From: Pseudomonadota bacterium | GTDB taxonomy: Bacteria; Pseudomonadota; Gammaproteobacteria; Steroidobacterales; Woeseiaceae | Reading direction: 5' to 3' | Length of the DNA: 64,000 nucleotides | NCBI GenBank assembly: GCA_039030375.1 | Contig: JBCCEH010000007.1 | Location: 42,607-106,606 of the forward strand | Shown: positions 10,415 to 19,604 of the stretch, one piece after another | Layout: every line of letters begins with the position of its first letter | Numbering within the stretch: the stretch's first letter is position 1 | The notes under the pieces: model-generated | Told to the model about the DNA's origin: nothing | Seen by the model: the letters and a program-made list of their open reading frames with translations, nothing else | Database searches by the model: none | Made by a program: the position numbers and the translations under genes

Positions 10415-11038
10415 ATGAGTGTATTGGTAGGCAAACAAGCACCCGACTTCACTACCCAAGCCGTACTAGCAGACGGCACGATTGTCGATGACTTTAGTTT
10501 CAGCAAGTCAACGGCGGGTAAGTATGCAGTTGTGTGTTTTTACCCAATGGATTTCACCTTTGTCTGTCCGTCGGAGCTAATTGCGCTTTCGAATCGTACG
10601 GAGCATTTGAATCAACTCGGCGCTGAGGTCGTCGCCGTCTCGATTGATTCACACCACACGCATAACGCGTGGCGCAACACGGACTTTGCAGCAGGTGGTA
10701 TCGGTGCCGTCAAATACACGTTAGCCGCCGACATGGATCACAGCATTTCGAAGGCATATGGCATCTCCTCAGAAGGCGGCGATTCGTATTACCCGCCGGG
10801 AGTGGCGATGCGCGGTACGTTCATCATTGATCAGCAAGGCATCGTTCGCAGCCAAGTTGTCAACGACGAACCGCTCGGTCGTAATATGGATGAGGTAGTG
10901 CGAACGCTTGAATCGCTGCAATTCTTTGAAGAGCACGGCCAGGTTTGCCCGGCCGGCTGGAACAAAGGTGACGATGGCATGACCAACACCGCTGAAGGTG
11001 TCGCTGACTACCTCGGTAAGAACGCGGGTAGCTTGTAG
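10415..11038 (+). CDS. typical 2-Cys peroxiredoxin (AhpC/Prx1 family)
   Basis: FTFVCPSE peroxidatic Cys and C-terminal HGQVCPAGW resolving Cys. AAGGAA RBS. Confidence 0.9.
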   Translation: MSVLVGKQAPDFTTQAVLADGTIVDDFSFSKSTAGKYAVVCFYPMDFTFVCPSELIALSNRTEHLNQLGAEVVAVSIDSHHTHNAWRNTDFAAGGIGAVKYTLAADMDHSISKAYGISSEGGDSYYPPGVAMRGTFIIDQQGIVRSQVVNDEPLGRNMDEVVRTLESLQFFEEHGQVCPAGWNKGDDGMTNTAEGVADYLGKNAGSL

Positions 11039-11226
11039 CGTTTGTCGCTGTAACCATTGACTTCAACGGCCGCAGATCAACTGGGCCGATAGCGATGACC
11101 TAGCTTAACGGCGCCCCTTGGGGCGCCGTTTTCGTATCCCCACCCGCACAAGCCAGCAGCGTTGACTTATTTATCTTAATCGAGTTAACTTGATTAATGT
11201 TATGACCCACTGAGAGGCAAAAAGCG

Positions 11227-12108
11227 ATGGAAGTCACCGTAGCGGCCACGCAGATGGCCTGTTCCTGGGACGTTGAGGCAAACGTTGAAACCGCCATTGG
11301 ACTCGTGAACGAGGCGGCCGATGCAGGCGCCGAAATCGTGCTCATCCAGGAACTGTTTGAGACGCCCTATTTTTGTATCGACGAGCAGGTCCGACATTTC
11401 GACCTGGCACACAGCTTGGAGGCCCAGCCGACCATCAAGCGCATGCAGACCCTGGCAAAAGAACGCGGCCTGGTCATCCCGGTCTCGTTCTTTGAAAAAT
11501 CCGGTCTCGCACACTACAACTCGATTGCGGTGGTGGATGCCGACGGGTCAATCGTTGGTCACTACCGAAAAAGCCATATTCCCGATTTCCCGTTGTATGA
11601 GGAAAAGTATTACTTCAGTCCGGGCGATACCGGCTTTAAGGCGATCGACACCGCATACGGCCGTATCGGGATTGGAATCTGCTGGGACCAGTGGTTTCCC
11701 GAAGCGGCGCGTGCCATGGCATTACAAGGTGCGGAACTCCTGTTTTACCCTACCGCAATTGGTAGTGAACTCGACAAGCCGGAGTTCGATAGCAAAGACC
11801 ATTGGCAAATGGCGATGCGCGGTCACGCCGCGGCGAACATCGTTCCCGTGATTGCCTCGAATCGAATCGGCACTGAAACCGCTGACAACTTGAGCATGGA
11901 TTTTTATGGCTCATCGTTCATCGCCGACGCGACCGGCCAAATGGTTGCAGAGGCCGACCGAGAATCTCAGACCGTGTTAACGCACACTTTCGATCTGGCG
12001 GCTATCGCCGATTTTCGACGCGAATGGGGCGTGTACCGGGACCGTCGACCCGATCTGTATAAGACGTTACTCACGTTGGACGGCGAAAATGTCGTTCACG
12101 GCGTATAG
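11227..12108 (+). CDS. aguB: N-carbamoylputrescine amidase (nitrilase superfamily)
   Basis: 293 aa. VAATQMACSWD..IQELFETPYFC..ICWDQWFPE, as in AguB. Confidence 0.85.
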   Translation: MEVTVAATQMACSWDVEANVETAIGLVNEAADAGAEIVLIQELFETPYFCIDEQVRHFDLAHSLEAQPTIKRMQTLAKERGLVIPVSFFEKSGLAHYNSIAVVDADGSIVGHYRKSHIPDFPLYEEKYYFSPGDTGFKAIDTAYGRIGIGICWDQWFPEAARAMALQGAELLFYPTAIGSELDKPEFDSKDHWQMAMRGHAAANIVPVIASNRIGTETADNLSMDFYGSSFIADATGQMVAEADRESQTVLTHTFDLAAIADFRREWGVYRDRRPDLYKTLLTLDGENVVHGV

Positions 12109-12119
12109 CGAGGGCGCGA

Positions 12120-13259
12120 GTGCCTAACCTCGGTCGCTTCCTCGCTTTTTCTGTTATTGGCTCGGTAGCACTTATGCCGTTGCTGGCACTGCCGGCGATG
12201 ATCGGCGTGCTCGTCGATAACGCCGGCATGACCGATTCCGCTGCCGGCTGGTCTGCGTCGATTCATTTCCTTGCCGCCGCGCTTATTGGTATTGCACTGT
12301 CATTGCGCATCCATCACGTGAGCCTGCGAACCATCGCCCGAATTGCTTTGGTGGTCGCGGTCGCAGCAGACATCGGTTCGGCAATGACCGACGGATCGTC
12401 CGATACTTTTTTGGTGGCGCGTGTCGTCGCCGGACTCGGCCTTGGGTGCGCATATGTCACCAGCGTGGCCGCTTTTGCACGGTTCGATAACTATGAGCGC
12501 GGCTACGGCTTGTTCGTCACTCTTCAGTTTGCCATCAGTGGCCTGAGTCTCTATGCGATTCCCGTGTTTGCCGACGATATCGGAGCCACCGGTCTGTTCG
12601 TATTGTTCGCCATGGGCGACGCGATCGCTTTGCTGCTGACACACTACTTGCCAAGCGAGAAAGCATCGTCAAAGGACACCTCATCATCAACCAGCGAGCT
12701 CAAGATCTTACTTTCCGGCGCAGCGTTATTTGCAATCGTTGGCTTTATCCTTTTTGAGGCTGCGAACAACGCGCAGTTTACGTACATCGAGCGATTCGGC
12801 GTGGCACTGAGTGCTAGCGACGAGCAGATTGGCATCTCTCTGATGATTGCATCCCTTCTCGGTATTCCCGGTGCCTTCGCCATCGTGTTGATCGGGCGGC
12901 GGTTCGGGACGCTGGCGCCGTTGATGGTCGGTGTCGGTATCGCCACGCTGGGTCTGACGATTCTGTACAACGCCCATTCGTATACCGCTTACTTCGTCGG
13001 CGGGTGCTTCATGGGTTTTTCATGGGCCTTCAGCTTACCGTTTATCCAGACGTTGTTAGCGTCCATTGATCGCAACGGTAGCGCCATCTCCGCAGGATCC
13101 TCTCTCTCGTCACTCGGCACCGCACTCGGCCCGGCTCTCGCCGCAACGGTAGTTGCCAACGGCGGCTATCGGCACGTTTTCATTCTGGCCATGGCGTTGT
13201 TTGCCGTCACCGTAATCGCCTTTGTGTTGTCCCACCGCAACCGAGACCACGCCGTATGA
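12120..13259 (+). CDS. MFS transporter
   Basis: 379 aa, about 12 hydrophobic segments, GTG start. Sits between aguB and aguA. Confidence 0.75.
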   Translation: MPNLGRFLAFSVIGSVALMPLLALPAMIGVLVDNAGMTDSAAGWSASIHFLAAALIGIALSLRIHHVSLRTIARIALVVAVAADIGSAMTDGSSDTFLVARVVAGLGLGCAYVTSVAAFARFDNYERGYGLFVTLQFAISGLSLYAIPVFADDIGATGLFVLFAMGDAIALLLTHYLPSEKASSKDTSSSTSELKILLSGAALFAIVGFILFEAANNAQFTYIERFGVALSASDEQIGISLMIASLLGIPGAFAIVLIGRRFGTLAPLMVGVGIATLGLTILYNAHSYTAYFVGGCFMGFSWAFSLPFIQTLLASIDRNGSAISAGSSLSSLGTALGPALAATVVANGGYRHVFILAMALFAVTVIAFVLSHRNRDHAV

Positions 13260-14293
13260 ACTCGACCGACTACGATATCGACCCGCGCGATTTCGGCTAC
13301 TACATGCCCGCCGAATGGACGCTACATAGCGGCTGCTGGATGGCCTGGCCCTGCCGCGAGGGCATGTGGGAGGACGAGACCGCGACCGCTCAGGACTACG
13401 CCAACGTCGCCAATGCGATCGCGCGGTTCGAACCGGTGAAAATGGTGACGCCAGCGCACAAAACCCACGATGCGAGACAGTTGTTGAATGACAGCGTTGA
13501 GATTGTCGAGTTGCCGATTGACGACTCCTGGACACGGGACAACGGCCCTAATTTCTTGATCGGCGGCGATGCTTTGGCGGGGTCCGACTGGGTGTTCAAC
13601 GCATGGGGCGAAAAGTACTCGCCCTATGACCAAGACGCCCGATTAGCCGAGCGCATTCTCGATCGGCTCGGCGCAAGACGATTTCCAAGCTGGCTGGTTG
13701 CCGAAGGCGGCGGTATCACCGTCGACGGTGAGGGCACAGTCATAACCACCGCGTCGTGCTATCTCAATAAAAATAGAAATCCGGGCGTCTCGAAGAAAGA
13801 TATTGAACGGGAGCTGTGCCGAACACTGGGCGCCGAAAAGGTCTTGTGGATACCCGGTGATGTCGAAGAAACCGAAACCGATGGCCACATTGACGGCATT
13901 GCCGCATTTATCGAACCGGGTCGCGTTTTGGTCCAGGTGAACCCGGACAAAACGGACCCGCATTACTCGGTCGGTATGGAGAACGTTCAGGCGTTATCGA
14001 AACTGACCGATGCTAAAGGTCGACGATTAGAGCTCGAATTTATTGACGAGGGTATTTATCACCCTGGCACTTGGAACGGTGGCTGTAGCTCCTACATCAA
14101 TTCATACTTGGCCAATAATGCAGTGATCGTGCCCGCCTATGGATATGATCGAGATGCATCCTGCGTTGAAACCTACCAACGGCTTTACCCCGAACGAACA
14201 GTGGTTCAGGTGCCGATCAACAACATCGCTGTGGGCGGTGGCGGCATCCACTGCATTACCCAGCAGCAACCCCAATTTGCGAACGATGCATGA
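13256..14293 (+). CDS. aguA: agmatine deiminase
   Basis: 345 aa. ..CWMAWP.., ..DSWTRDNGP.., C-terminal GGGIHCITQQQP catalytic Cys motif. 4-nt overlap with the MFS gene. Confidence 0.9.
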   Translation: MNSTDYDIDPRDFGYYMPAEWTLHSGCWMAWPCREGMWEDETATAQDYANVANAIARFEPVKMVTPAHKTHDARQLLNDSVEIVELPIDDSWTRDNGPNFLIGGDALAGSDWVFNAWGEKYSPYDQDARLAERILDRLGARRFPSWLVAEGGGITVDGEGTVITTASCYLNKNRNPGVSKKDIERELCRTLGAEKVLWIPGDVEETETDGHIDGIAAFIEPGRVLVQVNPDKTDPHYSVGMENVQALSKLTDAKGRRLELEFIDEGIYHPGTWNGGCSSYINSYLANNAVIVPAYGYDRDASCVETYQRLYPERTVVQVPINNIAVGGGGIHCITQQQPQFANDA

Positions 14294-14916
14294 GTAATCG
14301 TCAGCGCATCGGCTTGCGCAAGGAAGCGCCGCCTACAACCCGCGCACCCGGACGAAAGCGACGTCAGCAACTGCTCGATGCGACAGCCGCGTTGCTCAGC
14401 GAAAAGGAAATCGAGGATGTCTCGTTTCGAGATATCGCTAAACGAGCGGGCGTGCCGGAAGGCTCTGCTTATCATTTCTTTGCCAATCGATTCGACATTT
14501 TCTCGGCTCTCGCTTGCGAGCTCAACGAAGTCTTCATAAAGGCCCACAAAAAAACAGTACCTGCATCCAAGCGTGCCCAGCCGCGACAACTCATTGAGTA
14601 CATGGTCGACGTCGGCGCCCGCATCTACGGCAAGAGCGCGCCGGCGCGGCAAATTTTCGTCGGTGGCAAGACGCCACCCGAAGTAAAACAGGCTGAACGT
14701 CGTAATGATCGTGATGTTGCCGATGCAATGTTTGATTCCTACGTACGATATTTCGATATTGCCGATTCTGACGAAACGCGCAATGCCTTTGGTTATTTCA
14801 TCGAAATCACCGACTTAATGTTTACGCTATCGATCGTCGAGCACGGCACGATCACGCCAAGAATGCTCGACGAAGCCAAGCGCGCCGGTGTTGCTTATCT
14901 CGAGACCTATCTGTGA
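14290..14916 (+). CDS. TetR/AcrR-family transcriptional regulator
   Basis: 208 aa. N-terminal HTH (..VSFRDIAKRAGVPEGSAYHFF..). Confidence 0.8.
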   Translation: MSNRQRIGLRKEAPPTTRAPGRKRRQQLLDATAALLSEKEIEDVSFRDIAKRAGVPEGSAYHFFANRFDIFSALACELNEVFIKAHKKTVPASKRAQPRQLIEYMVDVGARIYGKSAPARQIFVGGKTPPEVKQAERRNDRDVADAMFDSYVRYFDIADSDETRNAFGYFIEITDLMFTLSIVEHGTITPRMLDEAKRAGVAYLETYL

Positions 14917-16622
14917 GCGTACGCATACTGTCTGTGTTGGTGCTGGTGTCGCTCACCATTTCCTGTGCCTCTGGCGGCGTACGCGATACAACCCATTCGC
15001 CTCTCGCTTCGTCGCGCGTGCTGCTCACTGGTGGTGTCATATACACGGCCAATAACGGCCAATTCGCCGAAGCGTTCGTCATGGACCATGGTGAAATACT
15101 GGCGGTTGGCACGAACCAGGAAATCGCCGCATTTGCTACCGCGGACGCGCAGCGCATCGATCTGAAGGGTCGGCTGGTGTTACCGGGATTACATGATAGT
15201 CATACGCACATTCTCGAAGGACACATGCCGCTTAGCGGCACCTGTTACGTTCGAGCCGGCCGAGCTCCAAACGAACTCGTCAATGCGCTGACTCGATGCG
15301 CGCCCTACCAGCAGGTTCTCGACTGGGTATTGGGCTACGGATGGGACATTTATAGTTTTCTTGAATCGGACGATGACCCACTCACTGCCATTGATGCCGC
15401 AATCCCCGACCGTCCGGCCGCGATTATGGAGGAGACTTCGCACGCGGTTTGGGTCAATTCCATGGCGCTGGATGCGTTGCGCATCGACGCCACAACGCCG
15501 AATCCACCCGGCGGCATTATCGCAAAAGACCAGTACGGCAGGCCGAACGGGCTATTAATCGACAATGCCGGCGACCTCGCTTTTGAAGCCGCTCTCACGC
15601 GCACGCCGCGCGTCGATGAAGCCCACTACAACGGATTGCTCGATGGACTGGATAGCCTCGCGCGCAACGGCATTACGTCGTTTGTCGATGCACGTGCGTA
15701 TTGGACACGTGGCTACCACGAATTCTATGAACGCGCCGATGTCGAAAATCAACTTACCGCTCGCGCACTATTGAGTTTATGGGCGTATCCCCAGATGGAC
15801 GATAGCGTTCAGATCGCCGAGCTCACGCGCCTGTTCTCGAATAGCAGCAACAACGGCGTCCGGCGGTCGCAAATCAAAGTGTATGTGGACGGTATTATCG
15901 GCAATACCACCGCGCGAACGATCTCACCGTACTTGATTGACTACGGCTTCGGCACGACCAAGGGACTCAACTACTTTGACGAAGACCGGCTTGCCGGTTT
16001 GATAATTGCTTTGGAGCCGATTGGCTACGATTTTCATATCCATGCGATTGGCGCCGGTGGGGTTCGTGACGCCCTAAACGCGATAGAACGCGCCCGCTCA
16101 GCGAACCCCGACCTCGAACCACGACACCGACTGACGCATGTCGAATACGTGCACCCCGATGATATTCCACGGTTCAGATCACTCGGTGTGATCGCTGACA
16201 TCCAGCTTGCCGGTGCTTTTACCGATCCGAAACGATTTGCGCAGTACAACCGCCCGTTCATCGGCGCAAGCAACCCGGCGCTGCCACTACCTGCCCGCGC
16301 TTTGATCGATGCCGGCGCGCTTGTGACGTTGAGCAGCGACTTCGACGTCAGCCCATTGAATCCGTTTATCGGTATAGAGAATGCCGTTACCCGCAGTCGC
16401 GATGCGCTCAGCGTCCGCGAAGCGGTCGATGGATATACCATCAACGCCGCTTTCCTGATGCGCCAGGAAGATCGAGTAGGATCGATCGAAGTAGGCAAGC
16501 GCGCCGACTTCGTCGTGGTTGATCAGAATATTTTTACGATCGATCCGGAGCGAATTGACGACACCGAGGTGGTCTTAACCGTATTGGACGGCAACGAAGT
16601 CTTCCGCAGCCCGTCGTACTAA
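14913..16622 (+). CDS. amidohydrolase-family metallohydrolase, probable lipoprotein
   Basis: 569 aa. LTISC lipobox-like signal, HDSHTH metal motif. 4-nt overlap with the TetR gene. Confidence 0.8.
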   Translation: MSVRILSVLVLVSLTISCASGGVRDTTHSPLASSRVLLTGGVIYTANNGQFAEAFVMDHGEILAVGTNQEIAAFATADAQRIDLKGRLVLPGLHDSHTHILEGHMPLSGTCYVRAGRAPNELVNALTRCAPYQQVLDWVLGYGWDIYSFLESDDDPLTAIDAAIPDRPAAIMEETSHAVWVNSMALDALRIDATTPNPPGGIIAKDQYGRPNGLLIDNAGDLAFEAALTRTPRVDEAHYNGLLDGLDSLARNGITSFVDARAYWTRGYHEFYERADVENQLTARALLSLWAYPQMDDSVQIAELTRLFSNSSNNGVRRSQIKVYVDGIIGNTTARTISPYLIDYGFGTTKGLNYFDEDRLAGLIIALEPIGYDFHIHAIGAGGVRDALNAIERARSANPDLEPRHRLTHVEYVHPDDIPRFRSLGVIADIQLAGAFTDPKRFAQYNRPFIGASNPALPLPARALIDAGALVTLSSDFDVSPLNPFIGIENAVTRSRDALSVREAVDGYTINAAFLMRQEDRVGSIEVGKRADFVVVDQNIFTIDPERIDDTEVVLTVLDGNEVFRSPSY

Positions 16623-16632
16623 CGGCACAGAC

Positions 16633-16660
16633 AAAAAAAGGGCACCTAATCGGTGCCCTT
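16633..16660. terminator. bidirectional intrinsic terminator shared by the amidohydrolase gene and rtcB
   Basis: AAAAAAA-GGGCACC-taatc-GGTGCCC-TTGATGTTT. The hairpin overlaps the rtcB stop codon, and there is a T-run on both strands. Confidence 0.75.
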
Positions 16661-18055
16661 GATGTTTGCGACCGGATACAGACGATTCGCCACGCGAGCG
16701 ATACCTTCTGTTTCCAGTACGCGCAGGACCTCATCAAGATCCTTGTACACATGACCACATTCATCGAGCGGTGTACGACGCGTGTTACCGACGATACCTT
16801 CGATTTCAACGCCACCCAGCGTTCGCTTGATGTAGCGCATCTCATCGTCAATTTCGTCGTGGATGTCAGCCAGCTCGCGCTTTGCTTTACCACGCGCCAT
16901 TACGCGGCCGGATCCGTGATTCACTGAACAGCCGCTATGAAACGCGCCATCCAGTGGATACAAGATCGCCGCACCATCGAGCATCGAACCCGGCACCAAG
17001 CACGGATGACCGGTGTGTTCCCACTTGGTCCCAACCAGGTCAGGATGGCCAGCAGGGAACGCACGAGTCGCACCCTTACGATGAACGAAACCCTTCTTGG
17101 TGGTTCCATCCGGCAGCACCAGCGTTTCTTCCTGCACCAGGTTGTGCGAAATCTCGTAGAAGACTTCGCCGGTTACGTTGAAAACGTTCTCCAGTGCCGT
17201 TTGTACACCGCGCACAATCACGTGTCGGTTGGCAACCGCGTAGTTGGCCGCCGAGTTGTGATGTGCCCAGTACTCCTTGCCGAGCGGCTCATCGATGCGT
17301 AGCCACGATTCTTCGCGTCGGTTTTTAGCTAAGCCGCGAAGCTCCGCACCTGCATAGAAGTAGTGGTTCGCGGTTTGCCAGCCATAGCCGCGCGAGCCGC
17401 AATGGATCATCACCCACACCGAACCATCGTTAACATCGACCTGCATTTCCACAAAATGGTTGCCGCCGCCGACGGAACCGATCTGCGGACAGGCTTTGTC
17501 ACGCGCGCGCTTGATTCGCTCGGAATCCAACACCTGATCATCGACCTCGATGTACTGACGTTCGCACACGTCGGCATGCACACCAATCGCCTTCGCGCCG
17601 TAGTGGAAAATGTCATCGATTTTGGCCTCGGACATTCGCGGCATGTGCTTAGGTCGATGCGAACCAACACCCGTTGCAATACGCTGCTCAACATCGTTGA
17701 TCCACGCACGACGCTTATCCCAATCCGCAACGTCCGCTGCCGACAACCCCGGCACCTTCAGGTATACGACACCACAAGAGATGTCGTACCCCGAACCTGC
17801 CTGAATAATGACGTCTTCGGTAACCGCAACGCCGCCCACCGGGATCCCGTAGCCCAAATGGGTATCAGGCATCAGATATAGGCCAATAATTCCCGGATAC
17901 GACGCGGCATTCGCGGCCTGGCGCCACAGCGCCTCATCGGTTTGCGCGAAGAGCGTTTCCGACAGGTACGCATGGACCTCGGTATTCATCGCACCGATTT
18001 TCGGTAGCACGTAGTGTGCTTCTGAAACTTTTTGCACTTCATGTAGAAACGACAT
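16646..18055 (-). CDS. rtcB: RNA ligase RtcB (joins 3'-phosphate or 2',3'-cyclic-phosphate ends to 5'-OH ends), long 469-aa form
   Basis: RtcB metal/GMP-site motifs in order: MPDTHLGYG, GYDISCG, GGGNHFVE, HCGSRGYG, ISHN, VNHGSGR. AAGGAGGAT RBS 8 nt upstream. Confidence 0.95.
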   Translation of the reverse strand: MSFLHEVQKVSEAHYVLPKIGAMNTEVHAYLSETLFAQTDEALWRQAANAASYPGIIGLYLMPDTHLGYGIPVGGVAVTEDVIIQAGSGYDISCGVVYLKVPGLSAADVADWDKRRAWINDVEQRIATGVGSHRPKHMPRMSEAKIDDIFHYGAKAIGVHADVCERQYIEVDDQVLDSERIKRARDKACPQIGSVGGGNHFVEMQVDVNDGSVWVMIHCGSRGYGWQTANHYFYAGAELRGLAKNRREESWLRIDEPLGKEYWAHHNSAANYAVANRHVIVRGVQTALENVFNVTGEVFYEISHNLVQEETLVLPDGTTKKGFVHRKGATRAFPAGHPDLVGTKWEHTGHPCLVPGSMLDGAAILYPLDGAFHSGCSVNHGSGRVMARGKAKRELADIHDEIDDEMRYIKRTLGGVEIEGIVGNTRRTPLDECGHVYKDLDEVLRVLETEGIARVANRLYPVANIKGTD

Positions 18056-18072
18056 CGGTCGATCCTCCTTGA

Positions 18073-18645
18073 TTATTGTTTGTACAGCAACGCATTCCGC
18101 TTACCACCGTGATCCCTCAGGAATTCCATTTGGTCTCCCATGATGTGGCGGTTTTCCAAAATCAAACCTTCCGCACGGTTTGGGGCGTACGGCAGCGCCA
18201 GCAGTCGCATGTTGCATTCCTCGAGCAACCGGTCCGCCTTGCGGTGGTTGCAGATTCGGCAAGCGGTCACCACGTTTTCCCAGGTGTCTGCACCACCGCG
18301 CGATACCGGCACGACGTGGTCGCGCGTCAACTCGCAGTCGTACAGGTAGTCACCGCAGTACATGCACATGTGCGCATCGCGACGAAATAGGTTGCGGTTG
18401 GTCAGCGATGGCATGTCGTTCAATAAGCTGTACTCATGAACACCACCGTAAGCCGCGACAATCGTCGAAACGTACAGCACCGAACGTGCACCGGTCGCGC
18501 GCGAAATACCGCCGCGCAGGCACACGAACTCGATGCCTGCCTCCCAGGCAACCTGGTTTCGGCAGTACAGCAGCGTGCCCTCTTCCCTGGAGATCCAGGC
18601 CAAAGGGCGACCGGCAACATTGAGTTTTAGAATTTTTGCGTTCAT
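18073..18645 (-). CDS. HNH nuclease-domain protein with an uncharacterised N-terminal domain of about 100 aa
   Basis: The ORF-track start at 18741 runs into a tRNA-like element, so the internal ATG (MNAKILKL..) is used. HNH core CMYCG..LTRDHVVPVSRGG..WENVVTACRICNHRK. The stop is 17 nt before rtcB. Confidence 0.8.
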   Translation of the reverse strand: MNAKILKLNVAGRPLAWISREEGTLLYCRNQVAWEAGIEFVCLRGGISRATGARSVLYVSTIVAAYGGVHEYSLLNDMPSLTNRNLFRRDAHMCMYCGDYLYDCELTRDHVVPVSRGGADTWENVVTACRICNHRKADRLLEECNMRLLALPYAPNRAEGLILENRHIMGDQMEFLRDHGGKRNALLYKQ

Positions 18646-18692
18646 TGCTTTGTCTTCGTTATTCACTTTGACAATAGGGATTGCGTAGATGG

Positions 18693-18778
18693 TGGTGGAC
18701 ACGGCGGGTATCGAACCCGCATATCGAAGTAACCGGTGCATTACTACCGGCAGGTCGGTTGTTGGAAAACGCGCGCCA
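18693..18778 (-). ncRNA. tRNA-like element (canonical T arm + A-CCA, non-canonical body; 5' boundary uncertain)
   Basis: RNA 3' end ..GCGGG-TTCGATA-CCCGC-CGTGTCC-A-CCA. Hairpin CCGGT/ACCGG carries an 8-nt loop AGTAATGC. No D arm. The best 5' acceptor partner (TGGCGCG) has 1 mismatch and 2 G.U pairs. Confidence 0.35.
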
Positions 18779-18915
18779 GCGAGTAACCCTTACGCAGAGC
18801 AGTCGCCTGCATCCTCAACCATGCCATTCCGACCTCTTAGACAACGACCGGTGTTACCCGGACCACCTGACTAATCGTTTTGTGTGGCGGCATCCGTTTG
18901 CCAACGTGCCCTTAT

Positions 18916-18991
18916 TGGTACGCAGCCCGAGATTCGAACTCGGAAACAAGTCGGTTTGAGCGACTTAGGTATAACGTTCCCTCAGCTGCGT
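18916..18991 (-). tRNA. tRNA with leucine anticodon CAA on a class-I body (5-nt variable loop), 76 nt, CCA encoded
   Basis: RNA: ACGCAGC-TG-AGGG-AACGTTAT-ACCT-A-AGTCG-CTCAAAC-CGACT-TGTTT-CCGAG-TTCGAAT-CTCGG-GCTGCGT-A-CCA. Acceptor pairs 7/7. D loop lacks GG. Confidence 0.7.
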
Positions 18992-18996
18992 AAAAT

Positions 18997-19075
18997 TGGT
19001 AGCCGCCCTCGGAGTCGAACCGAGAAACACCTGTTTCTAAAACAGGTAGGTATGCCTAATTCCCATCAGACGGCC
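18997..19075 (-). tRNA. tRNA with leucine anticodon UAG on a class-I body, 79 nt, CCA encoded
   Basis: RNA: GGCCGTC..CCTGT-TTTAGAA-ACAGG-TGTTT-CTCGG-TTCGACT-CCGAG-GGCGGCT-A-CCA. Acceptor has two G.U pairs. D arm is irregular but has GG. Confidence 0.65.
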
Positions 19076-19083
19076 ATTGAAGT

Positions 19084-19160
19084 TGGAACCCTCGGCAGGA
19101 CTCGAACCTGCAACACCCGAGGTAGAAGCTCGGTGCTCTAATCCATTGAGCTACGAAGGT
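19084..19160 (-). tRNA. tRNA-Arg (anticodon UCU), CCA encoded
   Basis: Acceptor ACCTTCG/CGAGGGT (one G.U), D arm GCTC-AATGGATTA-GAGC, anticodon loop CTTCTAC, T arm GCAGG-TTCGAGT-CCTGC. Confidence 0.85.
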
Positions 19161-19161
19161 C

Positions 19162-19256
19162 TGGTGGCCCAGGCGGGAATCGAACCCAACCTGCCTGGGA
19201 TTTGCTGAGCACTAAGAGGGCGATTGCAGATTGATCTTTAGTGTCCCTGCCAGGCC
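19162..19256 (-). ncRNA. family-A tRNA-like RNA (CACTAAAG core), 95 nt, lacks D and anticodon arms
   Basis: RNA: GGCCTGG-CAGGGACACTAAAGATC-AATCTGC-(31 nt)-GCAGGTT-GGG-TTCGATT-CCC-GCCTGGGCC-A-CCA. Confidence 0.6.
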
Positions 19257-19333
19257 GTGAGTCTGAAGTCACCGAGCCAAATTGCCGTTGCTCGCAACGT
19301 AGTTCTGACGATGTAGTCCGAAGTCGATTGAGT

Positions 19334-19483
19334 TGGACATGCCGCCCGGACTTGAACCCAGTTTGCCTGCTCCGCGAAATTGTTCGCTCCGGACTGATGC
19401 AAACTGACCTTTAGTGATCAGACGGAAAACAACGACTGCGCAATTGATGCTCGTCGACTATGGCTTAGCTCGGCCACGGCATG
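19334..19483 (-). ncRNA. family-A tRNA-like RNA, 150 nt
   Basis: RNA: CATGCCG-TG-GCCGAGC..CTGATCACTAAAGGTC-AGTTTGC-(32 nt)-GCAAACT-GGG-TTCAAGT-CCGGG-CGGCATG-T-CCA. Acceptor pairs 7/7. Confidence 0.6.
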
Positions 19484-19490
19484 ATTCGGT

Positions 19491-19564
19491 TGGCAGGCCA
19501 GGAGCGATTCGAACGCCCATTTGCGGGTTTGGAAGCCGCAGTCCTACCTTTAGACGACTGGCCT
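19491..19564 (-). tRNA. tRNA-Trp (anticodon CCA), CCA encoded
   Basis: Acceptor AGGCCAG/CTGGCCT 7/7, discriminator G, anticodon loop TTCCAAA (C31.C39 mismatch), D loop AAAGGTA, T loop TTCGAAT. Confidence 0.8.
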
Positions 19565-19604
19565 AATTCCAATCTGTCGATACTCATCGACCCATACTTG
19601 TATT

